From positions 2,464,001-2,528,000 of the forward strand of contig CBDANF010000003.1 in NCBI GenBank assembly GCA_965197475.1: a stretch of 64,000 nucleotides of DNA, in the 5' to 3' direction. Below, piece after piece: positions 41,042-51,915 of this stretch (position 1 is the first letter of the stretch; each line of letters starts with the position of its first letter). The translations under genes and the position numbers were made by a program. The notes under the pieces are model-generated. The model was not told where the DNA came from and did no database searches. It saw only the letters and a program-made list of their open reading frames with translations. Source of the stretch: Candidatus Poribacteria bacterium (lineage in GTDB: Bacteria; Poribacteria; WGA-4E; WGA-3G).

Positions 41042-41133
41042 TGGCGGAGAGAGTGGGATTCGAACCCACGGTACTGCAAAACAGCACACATGATTTCCAG
41101 TCATGCCAGTTCAACCAACTCCTGCATCTCTCC
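41042..41133 (-). tRNA. tRNA-Ser(GGA)
   Basis: Cloverleaf, anticodon stem CATGA/TCATG, long variable arm, encoded CCA. Confidence 0.95.
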
Positions 41134-41151
41134 GATAAGTATAGTAAAAAG

Positions 41152-41224
41152 TGGAGCAGACGGGATTCGAACCCGTGACCTCATCCGTGCGAGGGATGCG
41201 CTCTCCCAACTGAGCTACTGCCCC
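41152..41224 (-). tRNA. tRNA-Ala(CGC)
   Basis: G3-U70, anticodon stem CATCC/GGATG; CCA not encoded. Confidence 0.95.
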
Positions 41225-41291
41225 AAGAAAATCATAAAAAGTTAAAAGTGTAGCAAGCACCCGGAGCGTCACATAATATTCAATCAAAAAA

Positions 41292-41376
41292 CGGAGAGAG
41301 TGGGATTCGAACCCACGGTGACTTGCGCCACAACAGTTTTCGAGACTGTCCAGTTCAACCGCTCCTGCATCTCTCC
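41292..41376 (-). tRNA. tRNA-Ser(CGA)
   Basis: Anticodon stem ACAGT/ACTGT, long variable arm. Confidence 0.95.
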
Positions 41377-41495
41377 CTATTGTGTATGGTTATCGGTTTT
41401 TAGTAATCATTGATGTGCGCGATTGTTCTCGTAATGGTATGTTCTTTTAGTTGTAATAATGTTGTTAGATTAGTCCTTCTCTGTAAATTTTGGAT

Positions 41496-41849
41496 TTATA
41501 ATCTTGGTGGTTCTCCATATCTGTTTTTATAGGGGGACCCTCTAAAAAATCCGCACACGATAAGCAGGTATAAACTACCAACACAAGGAACAAGTCCCCA
41601 TAAAATATTCAACCCAGATCGGTCTGTGTCATGTAAACGTTTGATAACTATAACTATATCAGTATAAATAGTTATAAGACCGGGCGATACGAAAAGAATA
41701 GCTAAAACAGAATCTGGATCATCAGGGTCTCTTCCTACTGCAGTATAAATAAAAGCTACAAGAATATAAAAGAGAATAACCCCTATGGCATACATCCAAT
41801 ACTGAAAACGATTAATTCTACCCTTAAAAGAGAAAAGAAAACTTAACAT
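41496..41849 (-). CDS. DUF805 membrane protein
   Basis: FSFKGRINR..YW, KRLHDTDRSG, NRYG..P. Confidence 0.9.
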   Translation of the reverse strand: MLSFLFSFKGRINRFQYWMYAIGVILFYILVAFIYTAVGRDPDDPDSVLAILFVSPGLITIYTDIVIVIKRLHDTDRSGLNILWGLVPCVGSLYLLIVCGFFRGSPYKNRYGEPPRL

Positions 41850-41979
41850 TTCATTTCCAAATAATATTCTTATTTGAATTTTCGTTGTGCTTTTTGTTCT
41901 TCGCGTTCCTTGCATTCATACCCAACCAACTAACAAATCCTACCACTCTCTATACACAATACAGCCAAGAATAACATCA

Positions 41980-42492
41980 TTAACGACGGTTCTTAAAAAA
42001 TGATTTCAATAATGCGCTACTCTCTTCTGAACAGACACCGCTTACCAATTCCACTTGGTGATTCAATCGCTCGTCTCGAACAATATTATAGAGTGTTCCA
42101 GCTGCGCCTGCTTTTGGATCAACGGTAGCATAAACAACCTTCGGAATACGCGCCAGAACTATTGCCCCAGCACACATTGGGCACGGTTCCAAAGTTACAT
42201 ATAAGGTTGTATTCGTCAAACGCCAGTTGCCAAGTTTTTGCGATGCTTCTTGTATCACCAGCATTTCGGCGTGTGCAATTGGATTTCCAGATTGTTCCCG
42301 TATATTATAGGCAGCAGCTACACAAGTATTGTCTTTAACAATTATAGCACCAACAGGCACTTCGTCCTTTTCCCCTGCTTGTCGCGCTAATTCGAGTGCT
42401 TGCTTCATCCAGAAAACATCACTGTCCAAAATTTGACCAATAGGGACAGTATTTGAAACCGCTTTTAATTTTTCTGACTCTTGAGTGCTCAC
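41980..42492 (-). CDS. tadA: tRNA adenosine(34) deaminase
   Basis: EVPVGA, AHAE, TLEPCPMCAGA, FF..RR. Confidence 0.95.
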   Translation of the reverse strand: MSTQESEKLKAVSNTVPIGQILDSDVFWMKQALELARQAGEKDEVPVGAIIVKDNTCVAAAYNIREQSGNPIAHAEMLVIQEASQKLGNWRLTNTTLYVTLEPCPMCAGAIVLARIPKVVYATVDPKAGAAGTLYNIVRDERLNHQVELVSGVCSEESSALLKSFFKNRR

Positions 42493-42515
42493 AAGACATG
42501 CCCCAAGATTCTAAA

Positions 42516-42589
42516 AGCGCCTGAGAGGATTCGAACCCCCGGCCTTCTGATCCGTAGTCAGATGCTCTAATCCACTGAGCTACAGGCGC
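42516..42589 (-). tRNA. tRNA-Arg(ACG)
   Basis: Anticodon stem TCTGA/TCAGA with loop CTACGGA. Confidence 0.95.
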
Positions 42590-42727
42590 ATCTTTCACCA
42601 ACACATGGCGATCAAAATATGATTTAGTTAGGTTTTACTACGTTCAACTCAACCGACAAACTTAACACACGTTATACAGCACACAACACCGATTCAGATG
42701 GTGTGTAGGTGATTATAAGTTGAAAAA

Positions 42728-42812
42728 CGGAGAGGGTGGGATTCGAACCCACGATGGCTTTCGCCATAACTGCTTAGCAGGCAGTCCAGTTCAACCACTC
42801 CTGCACCTCTCC
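42728..42812 (-). tRNA. tRNA-Ser(GCT)
   Basis: Anticodon stem ACTGC/GCAGT, long variable arm. Confidence 0.95.
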
Positions 42813-42824
42813 AGACTTTAAATT

Positions 42825-42912
42825 TGGCGGTGGGAGTAGGATTCGAACCCACGGTGACTTGCGCCACAACGGTTTTCAAGACCGCCGCTTTCGTCCACTC
42901 AGCCATCCCACC
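42825..42912 (-). tRNA. tRNA-Ser(TGA)
   Basis: Anticodon stem GCGGT/ACCGT, encoded CCA. Confidence 0.95.
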
Positions 42913-42935
42913 ATTTTTGATAATTAACCGATTTA

Positions 42936-42964
42936 ATTATAACACATATTAGACCTTTTGTCAA
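42936..42964 (-). promoter_or_regulatory. Consensus sigma70 promoter of the tRNA operon
   Basis: TTGACA-N17-TATAAT on the minus strand. Confidence 0.85.
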
Positions 42965-43100
42965 GCGAATTCGTTGGGCGGGCAGAGGTTTAATTTTCTG
43001 GTAGGAGCAAGCATTGAATCGCAACATTCCACTGTGAATTAACGCCAATTAGAGGATGCGCAAAATTTAGAGGATGCGCAAAATATTTCCGTGTATGCGT

Positions 43101-46100
43101 CTACGACAGCGTATAGATGCCCCATTGAACTCTTGTAATTTCACCTGTATCTACAAGATGGCTGAGCTCATTTTTTATTGCTTTTGGATGTCCCTCAATG
43201 GCTTCAATAAGTTCTGCAGTTCTTTTCTCGCCATCAGCAAGGAGAGATAAGATTTGGTCTCGGAAGGGAATACGAAGAGGTTTTCCTCCTCTGAGTTTCT
43301 GTAAAACTCGGTTTGCTTGTCTTGAGGAGCATCCAAGGATATGCTCCACTTTTTCTCTACTGGATTCGACAGTTAGATTGTCACGTTCTGTTTCAAAACG
43401 TTCGCGTATCGCAATCATTTCAGGAAGTTTGTCAAGTCCACCGGCAACTTCAAAATCTTCCCAGTCAAAAAGAAGTGTCTCAGGTCTGTCAATGATTTGG
43501 GGCAGTGCCAAACTTGAGATTAATACAACTTTCTTATTCGGCAACTTGTCCAACTTCGCACGCTGTACAACCCGCGAGAGTATGGATATAACACTCTGTT
43601 CATAAACACTCCGAACGCGTGCATCTGTATAATGACTGGATTCTGTATCTTCATCATAGGTGAGGGGTTCTTTGTCGTTTCCAAACAAAACCTGTGCTCG
43701 CTGCCAAATGAGTTTTTGTTTCTGTGTCGGTGTGCCGATTATCCAGACAACATGTGCCTCTTCAAAAGCGTCACTCAATCCTTCCATCTTTTTAAAATCC
43801 GCCACAAAACAAACGTTTTTCATTTTTGCGAGATCCACTAACCGTGAGGCAACTGATTTATAGGTGATAATCGCATGCTTAATGTTCGGGTCTTTCTCAA
43901 TCTCAGCCCGGATACCGAGCAAAAACCGCTGACCCGTTTTAGACATGCCGATGAGGTCCCAGTTGCTGTTGTAATCTAAAATCGCTTTGCGTGGATAGAT
44001 TCCTGTCCGTATCTGAAAAACTTTGTTTCCTGCGACCCAATCAGTTAGTTCGGTGCGGCGCACTTCAATTTTCTTATCCGGAAACGCTCTGCGAAGATGT
44101 TGATCAGAGAGGTTTGCTGACATTAACAACAGACGTTTGACGTTAGGATGCAGTACCGGCGGCACCCAGAACTTTAGCACTTTGCCGGTCCACCGTATTG
44201 GTGCATCCGCATCCCGCGTGTAATGTGCGAAGAAACTTTCAAGTTGATGCCAAAACGTCCAGTCTGGATTCGGACAGATTATCGGTAATTTCTGAATGTC
44301 TTTGACGTTCTTTATGGCGAAGATACCTAATTCGATGGCTTTGGACATCGGCATATAAATTTTCAGGTCTTCGTTAAGTGCAAGTGACGGCAGTGAAAAA
44401 ATGGGTAGGCCTTTTGCCGTGAGTTTTTCTGCAGCGTTATTGTCAAGAGGAGTGTAAGCAGACGCGCCTCCTTCAAACTCAACGGTAAAACGTGCTAATT
44501 GCTTTCCGGTGTCAGGATCAATAAACTCACGCGTGATAATTTTACCCCGTACATTGACGAGACACATCTGTTGAATGAGGCTGTCTTGCTGCCATTCAAA
44601 TGCACGCATCACTGCGCGAATCCGCTTGACCGCATCCGCATGAGGTTTGTCTTTGATTTCTACTGCATGGAGTAAAGCTTTGGCAAAGTTTCCCAAGGCA
44701 CCTCCTTGCCAGTTGACACTCCATTCTTCCAATATCTTTTTCGATAGTTTACATTCCGGAAACAGTTCGTACGCGTGTATTCTATCAATGACACAAAGCC
44801 TTTCCGTCTCATCCATCTGCCTGAGGATTTCTTCTGCCATTTCCGCGTGTTGTGGGTCGAAAAAAAGTTGGGGGAGTGCTAATATCTGGGTCTTGGCGAG
44901 TTGTAATGAGGAGGGTTGCGCCAAGAATCCACGCTGCTGACATTGTGTATAGACGGGGCACTGTGGACAAATGCTTTCACGCGCATCACCGCCCTTTTCT
45001 TCAAGCGCATCACATCGCTCCGGATCCTCACAGACATTACCCAATTGAAACGGGGTTACCATGCGAACGTCAATAGGTATCTTTTTCACCTGCTCCCACA
45101 GGTACATCCGAGGTTTTCAGCGTTTGGACAATGGAAAATTTCGGTTTTGATAGCGGTTTTCTAATTTTTCTGCTAATTTGTAGGTTGGCACGTTTAAGCA
45201 GGTTGCACTACCTTTACTGACATTGGATACGGCTTCATAATGTTTCTCTGAGTCTGTTTCCGCAATTAGTCCGAGAATACGATCAGTTTGATCGAAAATA
45301 TTCTGTATCCGAACACCATTCTTTTCGAGTGTCTCATAAACCTTTTCTGTCTGTTCTGACTTGTGCAACATAGGAGAAGGGCGTTTTATCGCCAATGGAC
45401 TAAGTTTTCCTTTTCGGACTGTGAGCATCTTTTTGGATATAGGCATACCGGCAAGAGGTATCAGAGAAACAATCCCCGTATCGTCCCATATATCCGTTAT
45501 TGGTGTGGACATCATGGGCAGCCCTATATCGGGTGCCGATGCGCGTAACCACACCTTGTTCTCGTTTTCCCACAACGATATGTAGGTACCTCCAACATTA
45601 CTGTTGGGTGCTCTCCATCGGTGAGAGTCGTTATCTTGCAGGATATAAGAAAAACCCCGCTTTACAAGCGTCTCTTTTGCGAGATCAAGGTTATACGAAC
45701 CCAGAGAGAAGGGTACTTCGCGGACAATTTGTTCCTGTTTTATTTTTTCGGGGGCGGGTTCATGAAGTACAGCGCGTAGGGCATCAATAGGCGCAAAGAC
45801 GACCTCTTTAGCAATGACGGGCGGATCTAACAGATTTCCAAGCAGAATTTCATTGCGCGCATCCCACTGATTGTGTCCCTCCTTACCAAAAACTTTAAGA
45901 TATACATCTCGTTTGTGTGGACTTTTTGGAGTGGGTACGTGCTTGTAGATATAAGATTTCATCTCCTCGTCATTTGGGTGGAGGTAATCCGGTATTCTGC
46001 AAGAAAAACGCAACCCTCCAGCTTTTGACATCGTCAAAAGTGGATTCGGAACAGCGTCAATGAGTGCCTCTATGCATGTAAGAATAGCATCAGGAGCGAC

Positions 46101-46526
46101 ACATAAGGCTTGATATGTAAAATTGAAGTCGTGCCACTGGGCACCGTCAAGTTCGGAGGGGATACCGGTATATATCTGAATTCCCCATGATGCGCGCCAT
46201 CGTCTCATTCCCCAATCTTGTATTCCCTGCCGTTTCAAAAAGCGTTCACCTCCCAAAGTTCGCGGGCCACGATCATTCTCAGGAGCCTGACCTATGGGCA
46301 TGAAGGAGATGTTTGCTTGTTCTAAGTCAGCAAGCAGCATAGGGTTTCTGTACGCACAATAGACTGTAAGATGATAAGGATAACCCTTATTGTACAGCGC
46401 AGGTGTTACTACTGTTTTCCGCTGCCGAAGCGGTTTTTCGTGCCGTTCATGGCAACGTTGAATAAGGTATTGCAAGGTATTCATAGCTAAAAAAAAGATT
46501 GGTATGAAAACGAAGATGTTTAACAA
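43101..46526 (-). pseudogene. Large (about 1140 codon) primase/helicase-like protein interrupted by one in-frame TGA (45117-45119)
   Basis: Both ORFs share one frame (..LSKR*KPRMYLW..); 5-Cys cluster; C-terminal winged-HTH-like tail; primase/helicase label is tentative. Confidence 0.55.
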
Positions 46527-46741
46527 ACGACAACTTTACAACATAGTATAACATAGAATCAGGACACGGTTAACTATAATTATATTATAATACTTCTTTT
46601 TAATCAAGTTTTTTCTTCTTTTTAATCAAGTTTTTTTGTTTTGACAAGAAGATTGGCTGACCCCTGAGATTCGAAAAATTGATAAAAGTCATAGAATTGC
46701 GCGTTTTCAAGCCAATTAAATATTTTTTTTGGCAGATTTAC

Positions 46742-46771
46742 TTGACTTGTGTGGTTAAGTTGTGGTATAAT
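46742..46771 (+). promoter_or_regulatory. Sigma70-type promoter
   Basis: TTGACT-N18-TATAAT with extended -10 TG. Confidence 0.65.
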
Positions 46772-47004
46772 TAACTGTATTGAGACATATTTATAATATT
46801 TATATATAAATAAATGGAAATGTCATAATATGGCTTTGGGTAAAGATAATTTTCAATTTAGGTTTGAAACTTAGGAATCTCTAATCTGTTAGATATTCTG
46901 TGTCTGTTCGCTGCTGGATTTGAATAGACAAGTTATTCGAACATTTCGTGTGCATAATCAACCGTGGCGCGATAAATCAAAAATCATAATGGGAGGATTG
47001 GAAA

Positions 47005-48219
47005 TTGAAAAGTTTTTACATACTATTTCTTGTTTTATTTGCAGTCATAAGTCTTGGTGGATGTAATGAAATGGTTCAAGTTGCGAAACCACTCATTCAA
47101 GACGAAGTTGACCTTGAAAGAGAAGGCGATAATTACACTACACCTTTTGATATGCTGTCCTATGATTTGAGCGCGACATTCATACGAGGAGAGGAGGCAT
47201 TTCAAAAAGTGTTTTTAGTCGAAGATGGGCTAGGTCCAATTTTTAATAATACCAGTTGTGTAGGTTGCCACCCTGGAAATGGCAGAGGCACACCAGATTT
47301 AGCACTCATACGATTTAGCAGGGGACATGATCTTATCCTTGATATGGGTGGACCACAGTTCCAAGATAAAGTTATCCCGGGTATGCCTTATGAAATGCTT
47401 CCTGAGGGTGTTGATAAATCAACACGACTCCCACCACCTGTTTTTGGAGTGGGACTGATAGAAAATATTCCAGTTGAAACGATTTTGTTCTATGCTGATG
47501 AGTTTGATGCTAATGGCGATGGTATTTCTGGAAGGCCTCATTGGGTAATTCCACCCGAATTTGTTCCAGCTACCGAGGTTGGTGGTGGATCGGGAGAACA
47601 ACTTGGCAGATTTGGGCGAAAAGCATCAGTTTCGTCATTAGTCCAGCAGACTGCAACAGCTTTTCAACAAGACATGGGTGTTACCAGCGGTTTCATACAA
47701 GAGGAAACCGTCAATACTGGTGACACAGTTCCTGATCCGGAGGTTGATAGTTCAACCGTCATGGACATCGTAGTTTTCATGCGGTTGCTTTCGCCACCAC
47801 CACGTGGTGTAATAACAGAAGAAGTTAGACAGGGAGAGAAACTTTTTGACACAATTCAGTGTGCTACTTGTCACGTCCCAACGATGCAGACAGGACCGTC
47901 CCCTATCCCCGCTTTGAACAAGGTAGATGCTCACATCTACTCTAACTTTCTTTTGCACGATATGGGTGAGGAATTAGCGGACAACCGTCCAGATGGTTCT
48001 GCAACCGGAAGAGAATGGCGGACTGCACCGCTTTGGGGAACTCGCTTGGTAGCGAAATTCCTTGGCGGCACCCCGTTTTACCTTCATGATGGGCGCGCCA
48101 CTACTCTTGAAGGCGCAATTCGAGCGCATGGCGGTGAGGCTCAGAATGCAAAGGAAGCATTTTTCAACCTGTCTGAGACAGAACAGCAAACTGTTATTGC
48201 CTTTCTTGAATCGCTTTAG
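47005..48219 (+). CDS. Di-heme oxidoreductase (DHOR) family lipoprotein
   Basis: Lipobox LGGC; CVGCH and CATCH heme motifs; D.NGDGISGR, LLHDMG, WRTAPLWG, YLHDGRA. Confidence 0.92.
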   Translation: MKSFYILFLVLFAVISLGGCNEMVQVAKPLIQDEVDLEREGDNYTTPFDMLSYDLSATFIRGEEAFQKVFLVEDGLGPIFNNTSCVGCHPGNGRGTPDLALIRFSRGHDLILDMGGPQFQDKVIPGMPYEMLPEGVDKSTRLPPPVFGVGLIENIPVETILFYADEFDANGDGISGRPHWVIPPEFVPATEVGGGSGEQLGRFGRKASVSSLVQQTATAFQQDMGVTSGFIQEETVNTGDTVPDPEVDSSTVMDIVVFMRLLSPPPRGVITEEVRQGEKLFDTIQCATCHVPTMQTGPSPIPALNKVDAHIYSNFLLHDMGEELADNRPDGSATGREWRTAPLWGTRLVAKFLGGTPFYLHDGRATTLEGAIRAHGGEAQNAKEAFFNLSETEQQTVIAFLESL

Positions 48220-48504
48220 GAATGTAGAGCAGGGCCAAGACCATTTTAGATTCTGTGTTAAATGACGATATTACAAAGACGTAAACACCTCGCCCTGGGG
48301 AGAGGCGATGAATGCCAACGCGCATACTGCGTTGATTGGCATACTAATAATGTCCCCTGAATAACCAATTCATTAGAGTTGTTATTCCTCCTAGCGGGGG
48401 AGAAATCCCCCGCGCTAACAAGAAGTGGGTTTTGTCTGAACGAATCAACGCTGAATATTATATGTGAATTCGGCGTTGATTCAAGAAGCGAATGTTATAG
48501 CAGC

Positions 48505-49419
48505 TTATAATGGTAAACGGGTTTGGTCGGTATACTGTCTGATCCGTTCGTGCGCCAGATCAATATATTTTTTTTCAATATCGTAGCCGATATAATGCCG
48601 ATCCGATTTCAGAGCACTCAGACAAGTTGTGCCACTTCCACAAAATGGGTCCAAGACGACATCCCCTACGAAAGTGTAGAGTTGAATTAAGCGATGTGGT
48701 AGCTCTTCAGGAAATGGAGCAGGATGGCCGATGCGTTTGGCTGAAACAGAGAGGAATGTCCAGACGCTTTTTGTCCATGCCAAGAAATCTTCTTTGCGAA
48801 TAGAATTCTCTTTGTCGTTGTGTTTCCGAGAAAAGGAATCTTTTGAGAAAACGAGGATATATTCGTGAACATCTCTCAACACAGGGTTCGCTGCTGATAA
48901 CCAACTTCCCCATGCCGTAGAACTTCCCGCACTTGCGGCTTTATCCCAGATGATCTCACCGCGCATGTAGTAGCCTATTTCCAACATATCTTCTATGATG
49001 TGACTGTGCAACGGGATATACGGTTTCCTTCCTAAATTGGCAATATTAATGCATGCCCTTCCACCGGTTACTAATTTTTTATAGGTTTCGGCAAACACGG
49101 TGCGGAGAAGTTCTCTATATTCGTCTAACGACAGATCGTCGTCGTACTCCTTTTTCGCATTGTAGGGCGGTGAGGTAACCATCAGATGGATGCTGCCATC
49201 TGGAATTTCGGACATCTGTTCGCTGGAGGCACAATAGAGACGGTCAAGGTTTTCAGTCGGAATTGGGTTGTCTACCCACGTTTCGGGTTCAGGAGGCTCT
49301 TGGTTTGCATAGAGTTTACCCTTATAAAATTCAGTGGAGTCGTGATTGATTCTTCCGGGTGTTCCGAATGCGCTTGTCTGGGTGCCTTGCTTTTGAGATT
49401 CCGAGTTCGTTCTTCTCAT
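48505..49419 (-). CDS. Orphan N4-cytosine/N6-adenine DNA methyltransferase (beta class)
   Basis: TSPPY precedes HPAPFP and DPFCGSGTT; no adjacent endonuclease. Confidence 0.92.
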   Translation of the reverse strand: MRRTNSESQKQGTQTSAFGTPGRINHDSTEFYKGKLYANQEPPEPETWVDNPIPTENLDRLYCASSEQMSEIPDGSIHLMVTSPPYNAKKEYDDDLSLDEYRELLRTVFAETYKKLVTGGRACINIANLGRKPYIPLHSHIIEDMLEIGYYMRGEIIWDKAASAGSSTAWGSWLSAANPVLRDVHEYILVFSKDSFSRKHNDKENSIRKEDFLAWTKSVWTFLSVSAKRIGHPAPFPEELPHRLIQLYTFVGDVVLDPFCGSGTTCLSALKSDRHYIGYDIEKKYIDLAHERIRQYTDQTRLPL

Positions 49420-49433
49420 ATCTTCTATCCACC

Positions 49434-50630
49434 TCAATACCGATCTGGATACCAAAAAATTATATCGCGTTTCGGAAACAACGTTCCTAAAAATGCAGAA
49501 ACCGAAGCATCCGAATTGACCTGTTCCCAGCCTATTTCACCAAACAGCAGTTGCCAAAAATTTTCTTCATTCATTCCCAAACTGACTGCATCCGAAGTAT
49601 CATCCACAATTTGAATCGTGTCGTTACCGTTGTAACGCAACACTGCCTGTTGGTTGTTGACAATCGGAAATTTTACTGCGATTTGTGGAAACGATTCCTC
49701 GGAAGCAGCAATCTGCGATTCCCACTCCACCACGAGCCGCCGCAGAAGCACGGGTAAACGGACGGCATAGAGCATCATTGCTGTATCTGTGATTGAATTT
49801 AGCTCTCTGTTGGACGTTGTTATGAGGCATTGGACAAACGGATGTTGGGGTGAAAACATGCCCTTTATCTCTTCAACCTGATTTGCTTCACACGCTTGCA
49901 AAAGGTGGCAGACAAGCGCGTCCAAAACATCTGGATTATCGGGTAGGTGTCCTACTTCACGCACCTTCGCACACTTTCCGTCAATCTCATAGTTGAGGTA
50001 TCCACAGATATTCCCATTGCAATGAGCAACAACGGTTGGAAGAATGCCACGGATACGCGAGGGTTCCATATCCCAATAAGCGCGCGTGCGAGAAACGGTT
50101 CCACTCTGTTGCGCGTTCGCTGTGTCGTGTATTGATGCCACAGCATCTAAATCGGTTTCTGCGTTGAAAGCCCTAATCTGCAAGTCTGATGGTTTTTCAG
50201 TTGTTGCCGAGTTATATTTTATCTGGAAACCGTGTAGCGGAAAGGATGTCCATCCGAATTTGCGGTAAAATTCCTCCGGAATGATGGTAAACAACACCCC
50301 AACGTCATACCCCGTTGTCTGCAGATACCCGATTGTGTGTTGCATGAGTGCAGATGCATAACCCACTCCACGATATTTTGGATGGGTGCAGACACCACCG
50401 ATACCACCCATCGTCACAAGGGACGCACCGACCCTTAACCGACGTTCCCAAACGCGCAAGGTCGAAACAACCCGATCATTCACGACAACGACTCGGGTCT
50501 GCGAAAGTCTATAACTGCTATCCCCTCGGACGTACTGCCAATAGCGTTCATGCTGGTTCGGATTGAACGCCATGCAGTTGAGTTCAACGACCTGTTCTAA
50601 TTCTGATTCCTGTGCTGCTCTTATTTCCAT
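49434..50630 (-). CDS. Eis-like GNAT acetyltransferase
   Basis: GIGGVCTHPKYRGVGYA, FYRKFGW; tandem GNAT length. Confidence 0.85.
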   Translation of the reverse strand: MEIRAAQESELEQVVELNCMAFNPNQHERYWQYVRGDSSYRLSQTRVVVVNDRVVSTLRVWERRLRVGASLVTMGGIGGVCTHPKYRGVGYASALMQHTIGYLQTTGYDVGVLFTIIPEEFYRKFGWTSFPLHGFQIKYNSATTEKPSDLQIRAFNAETDLDAVASIHDTANAQQSGTVSRTRAYWDMEPSRIRGILPTVVAHCNGNICGYLNYEIDGKCAKVREVGHLPDNPDVLDALVCHLLQACEANQVEEIKGMFSPQHPFVQCLITTSNRELNSITDTAMMLYAVRLPVLLRRLVVEWESQIAASEESFPQIAVKFPIVNNQQAVLRYNGNDTIQIVDDTSDAVSLGMNEENFWQLLFGEIGWEQVNSDASVSAFLGTLFPKRDIIFWYPDRY

Positions 50631-50650
50631 TCCTTTGTCCTAACGCCAGT

Positions 50651-51715
50651 TTATCGCATTGAGAAGATAACCCCTAACGCCTCATTTGGGGTTTGAATCA
50701 ATTTTTCACATCCGTCTGCGGCTTGATCAATTGGCACAATATCTGTAATCAACGGTTGTACCTTGATTTTACCCTCAGACATTAACCGCAGTGCTAATTC
50801 TAAATTGCGCTGTGTTAGCCACGGAACAAACACAGGCGGGTAATCTGCACCGTGTTCATAATCCTCATCGTGGTAGCCGGGGCCGGTACGCGCCGCGCTG
50901 ATAACATCAACATTGCCAAGTCCTGCTGCAAAGCCGTGGGTAATGCTGGCACCACCAACGATGACAATCCGTCCCATTTTGTGCGTATCCGGTGCTGTTT
51001 TCAGCATCGCGCGGATCTGTTGAAATGCACTCGTTGCATCTCCGCCGAACGCTATTATCCCACAATCCATGCCATAGCCACGTGTAAATTCCTTCGCAAT
51101 CGGAATCGGATCCGTTTCAGAGACATTTATAGTGCGGTGTATCCCTGCCCCACTCTCTAAACAAACGTCAGCAATTCTGATTCGTAACGGCAGGCGGTCT
51201 AAACCGATAACATAAGCACCCGCTATTTTGGCAATTTGGGACGCGAATTGTCCTACGATGCCTAATCCTGCAACCACAACGTTTTCACCAATGCAGATAC
51301 GTCCGCGTTGCACCGCGTGCAGTGCTGTCGCCGCGAGGTGGATAGACGCAGCTTCTTCATATTTGACGTTATCAGGGATTTTAGCACATAGGTTATGCGG
51401 CACACAAGCATACGTGGCATGTAGTGCATAGCCACCTCCCATGCCTGCCACCCTGTCACCAATCTCAAATTCGTCACAATCTCCCGCTTTGCCGATAACG
51501 ACCCCAGCGTTGGTATATCCGAACGAACGTTGCTGCGTTTCGGAACCCGGATTCTCCCGCCTCTGTTTGATACCACCAAGTTCTGTCCCCGGACTAACCA
51601 TTGAGGAGTGAACTTCAATCAGCAGTTGCCCAGGTTTCGGTGTGGGTGTTTCCTGTTCTTCTGTCAAGATACGTCCTGCTTCATTCCTCATCACAACTTT
51701 TCTTGTTTTACTCAT
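50651..51715 (-). CDS. MDR-family (zinc-binding-type) alcohol dehydrogenase
   Basis: SPGTE, GYTNAG, GLGIVGQ Rossmann motif. Confidence 0.85.
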   Translation of the reverse strand: MSKTRKVVMRNEAGRILTEEQETPTPKPGQLLIEVHSSMVSPGTELGGIKQRRENPGSETQQRSFGYTNAGVVIGKAGDCDEFEIGDRVAGMGGGYALHATYACVPHNLCAKIPDNVKYEEAASIHLAATALHAVQRGRICIGENVVVAGLGIVGQFASQIAKIAGAYVIGLDRLPLRIRIADVCLESGAGIHRTINVSETDPIPIAKEFTRGYGMDCGIIAFGGDATSAFQQIRAMLKTAPDTHKMGRIVIVGGASITHGFAAGLGNVDVISAARTGPGYHDEDYEHGADYPPVFVPWLTQRNLELALRLMSEGKIKVQPLITDIVPIDQAADGCEKLIQTPNEALGVIFSMR

Positions 51716-51915
51716 TTTGTTCCTTCATATTGATTTTTACAAACACGACTTCCCTATCTTGTAGTCGGAGTTTTTAACTCCGACTGTATTTTATTCTATT
51801 TTCCATTTGTTGTCAAATCAAGTATAGACATAAAAAATTATTTTTATGTCGGAATTCTCCCCAAATCTACGTGATTATTAATGAAGGCAACAATAGATTT
51901 TCTTGGGGGAGGGAA

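Noticed and set aside
40682-41178. ORFs of 89 and 109 aa on the + strand
   Set aside because: They overlap the SRP RNA and tRNA genes on the opposite strand.
43049-43084. Direct repeat as a possible CRISPR remnant
   Set aside because: Only two abutting units, no spacers and no cas genes; no CRISPR array was seen in the window.
46779-46860. Fur-like boxes upstream of the di-heme protein
   Set aside because: Weak palindromes in a very AT-rich stretch, not distinguishable from background by eye.
48505-49419. Restriction-modification system
   Set aside because: No endonuclease neighbour; the methyltransferase sits in an operon with a GNAT and a dehydrogenase.
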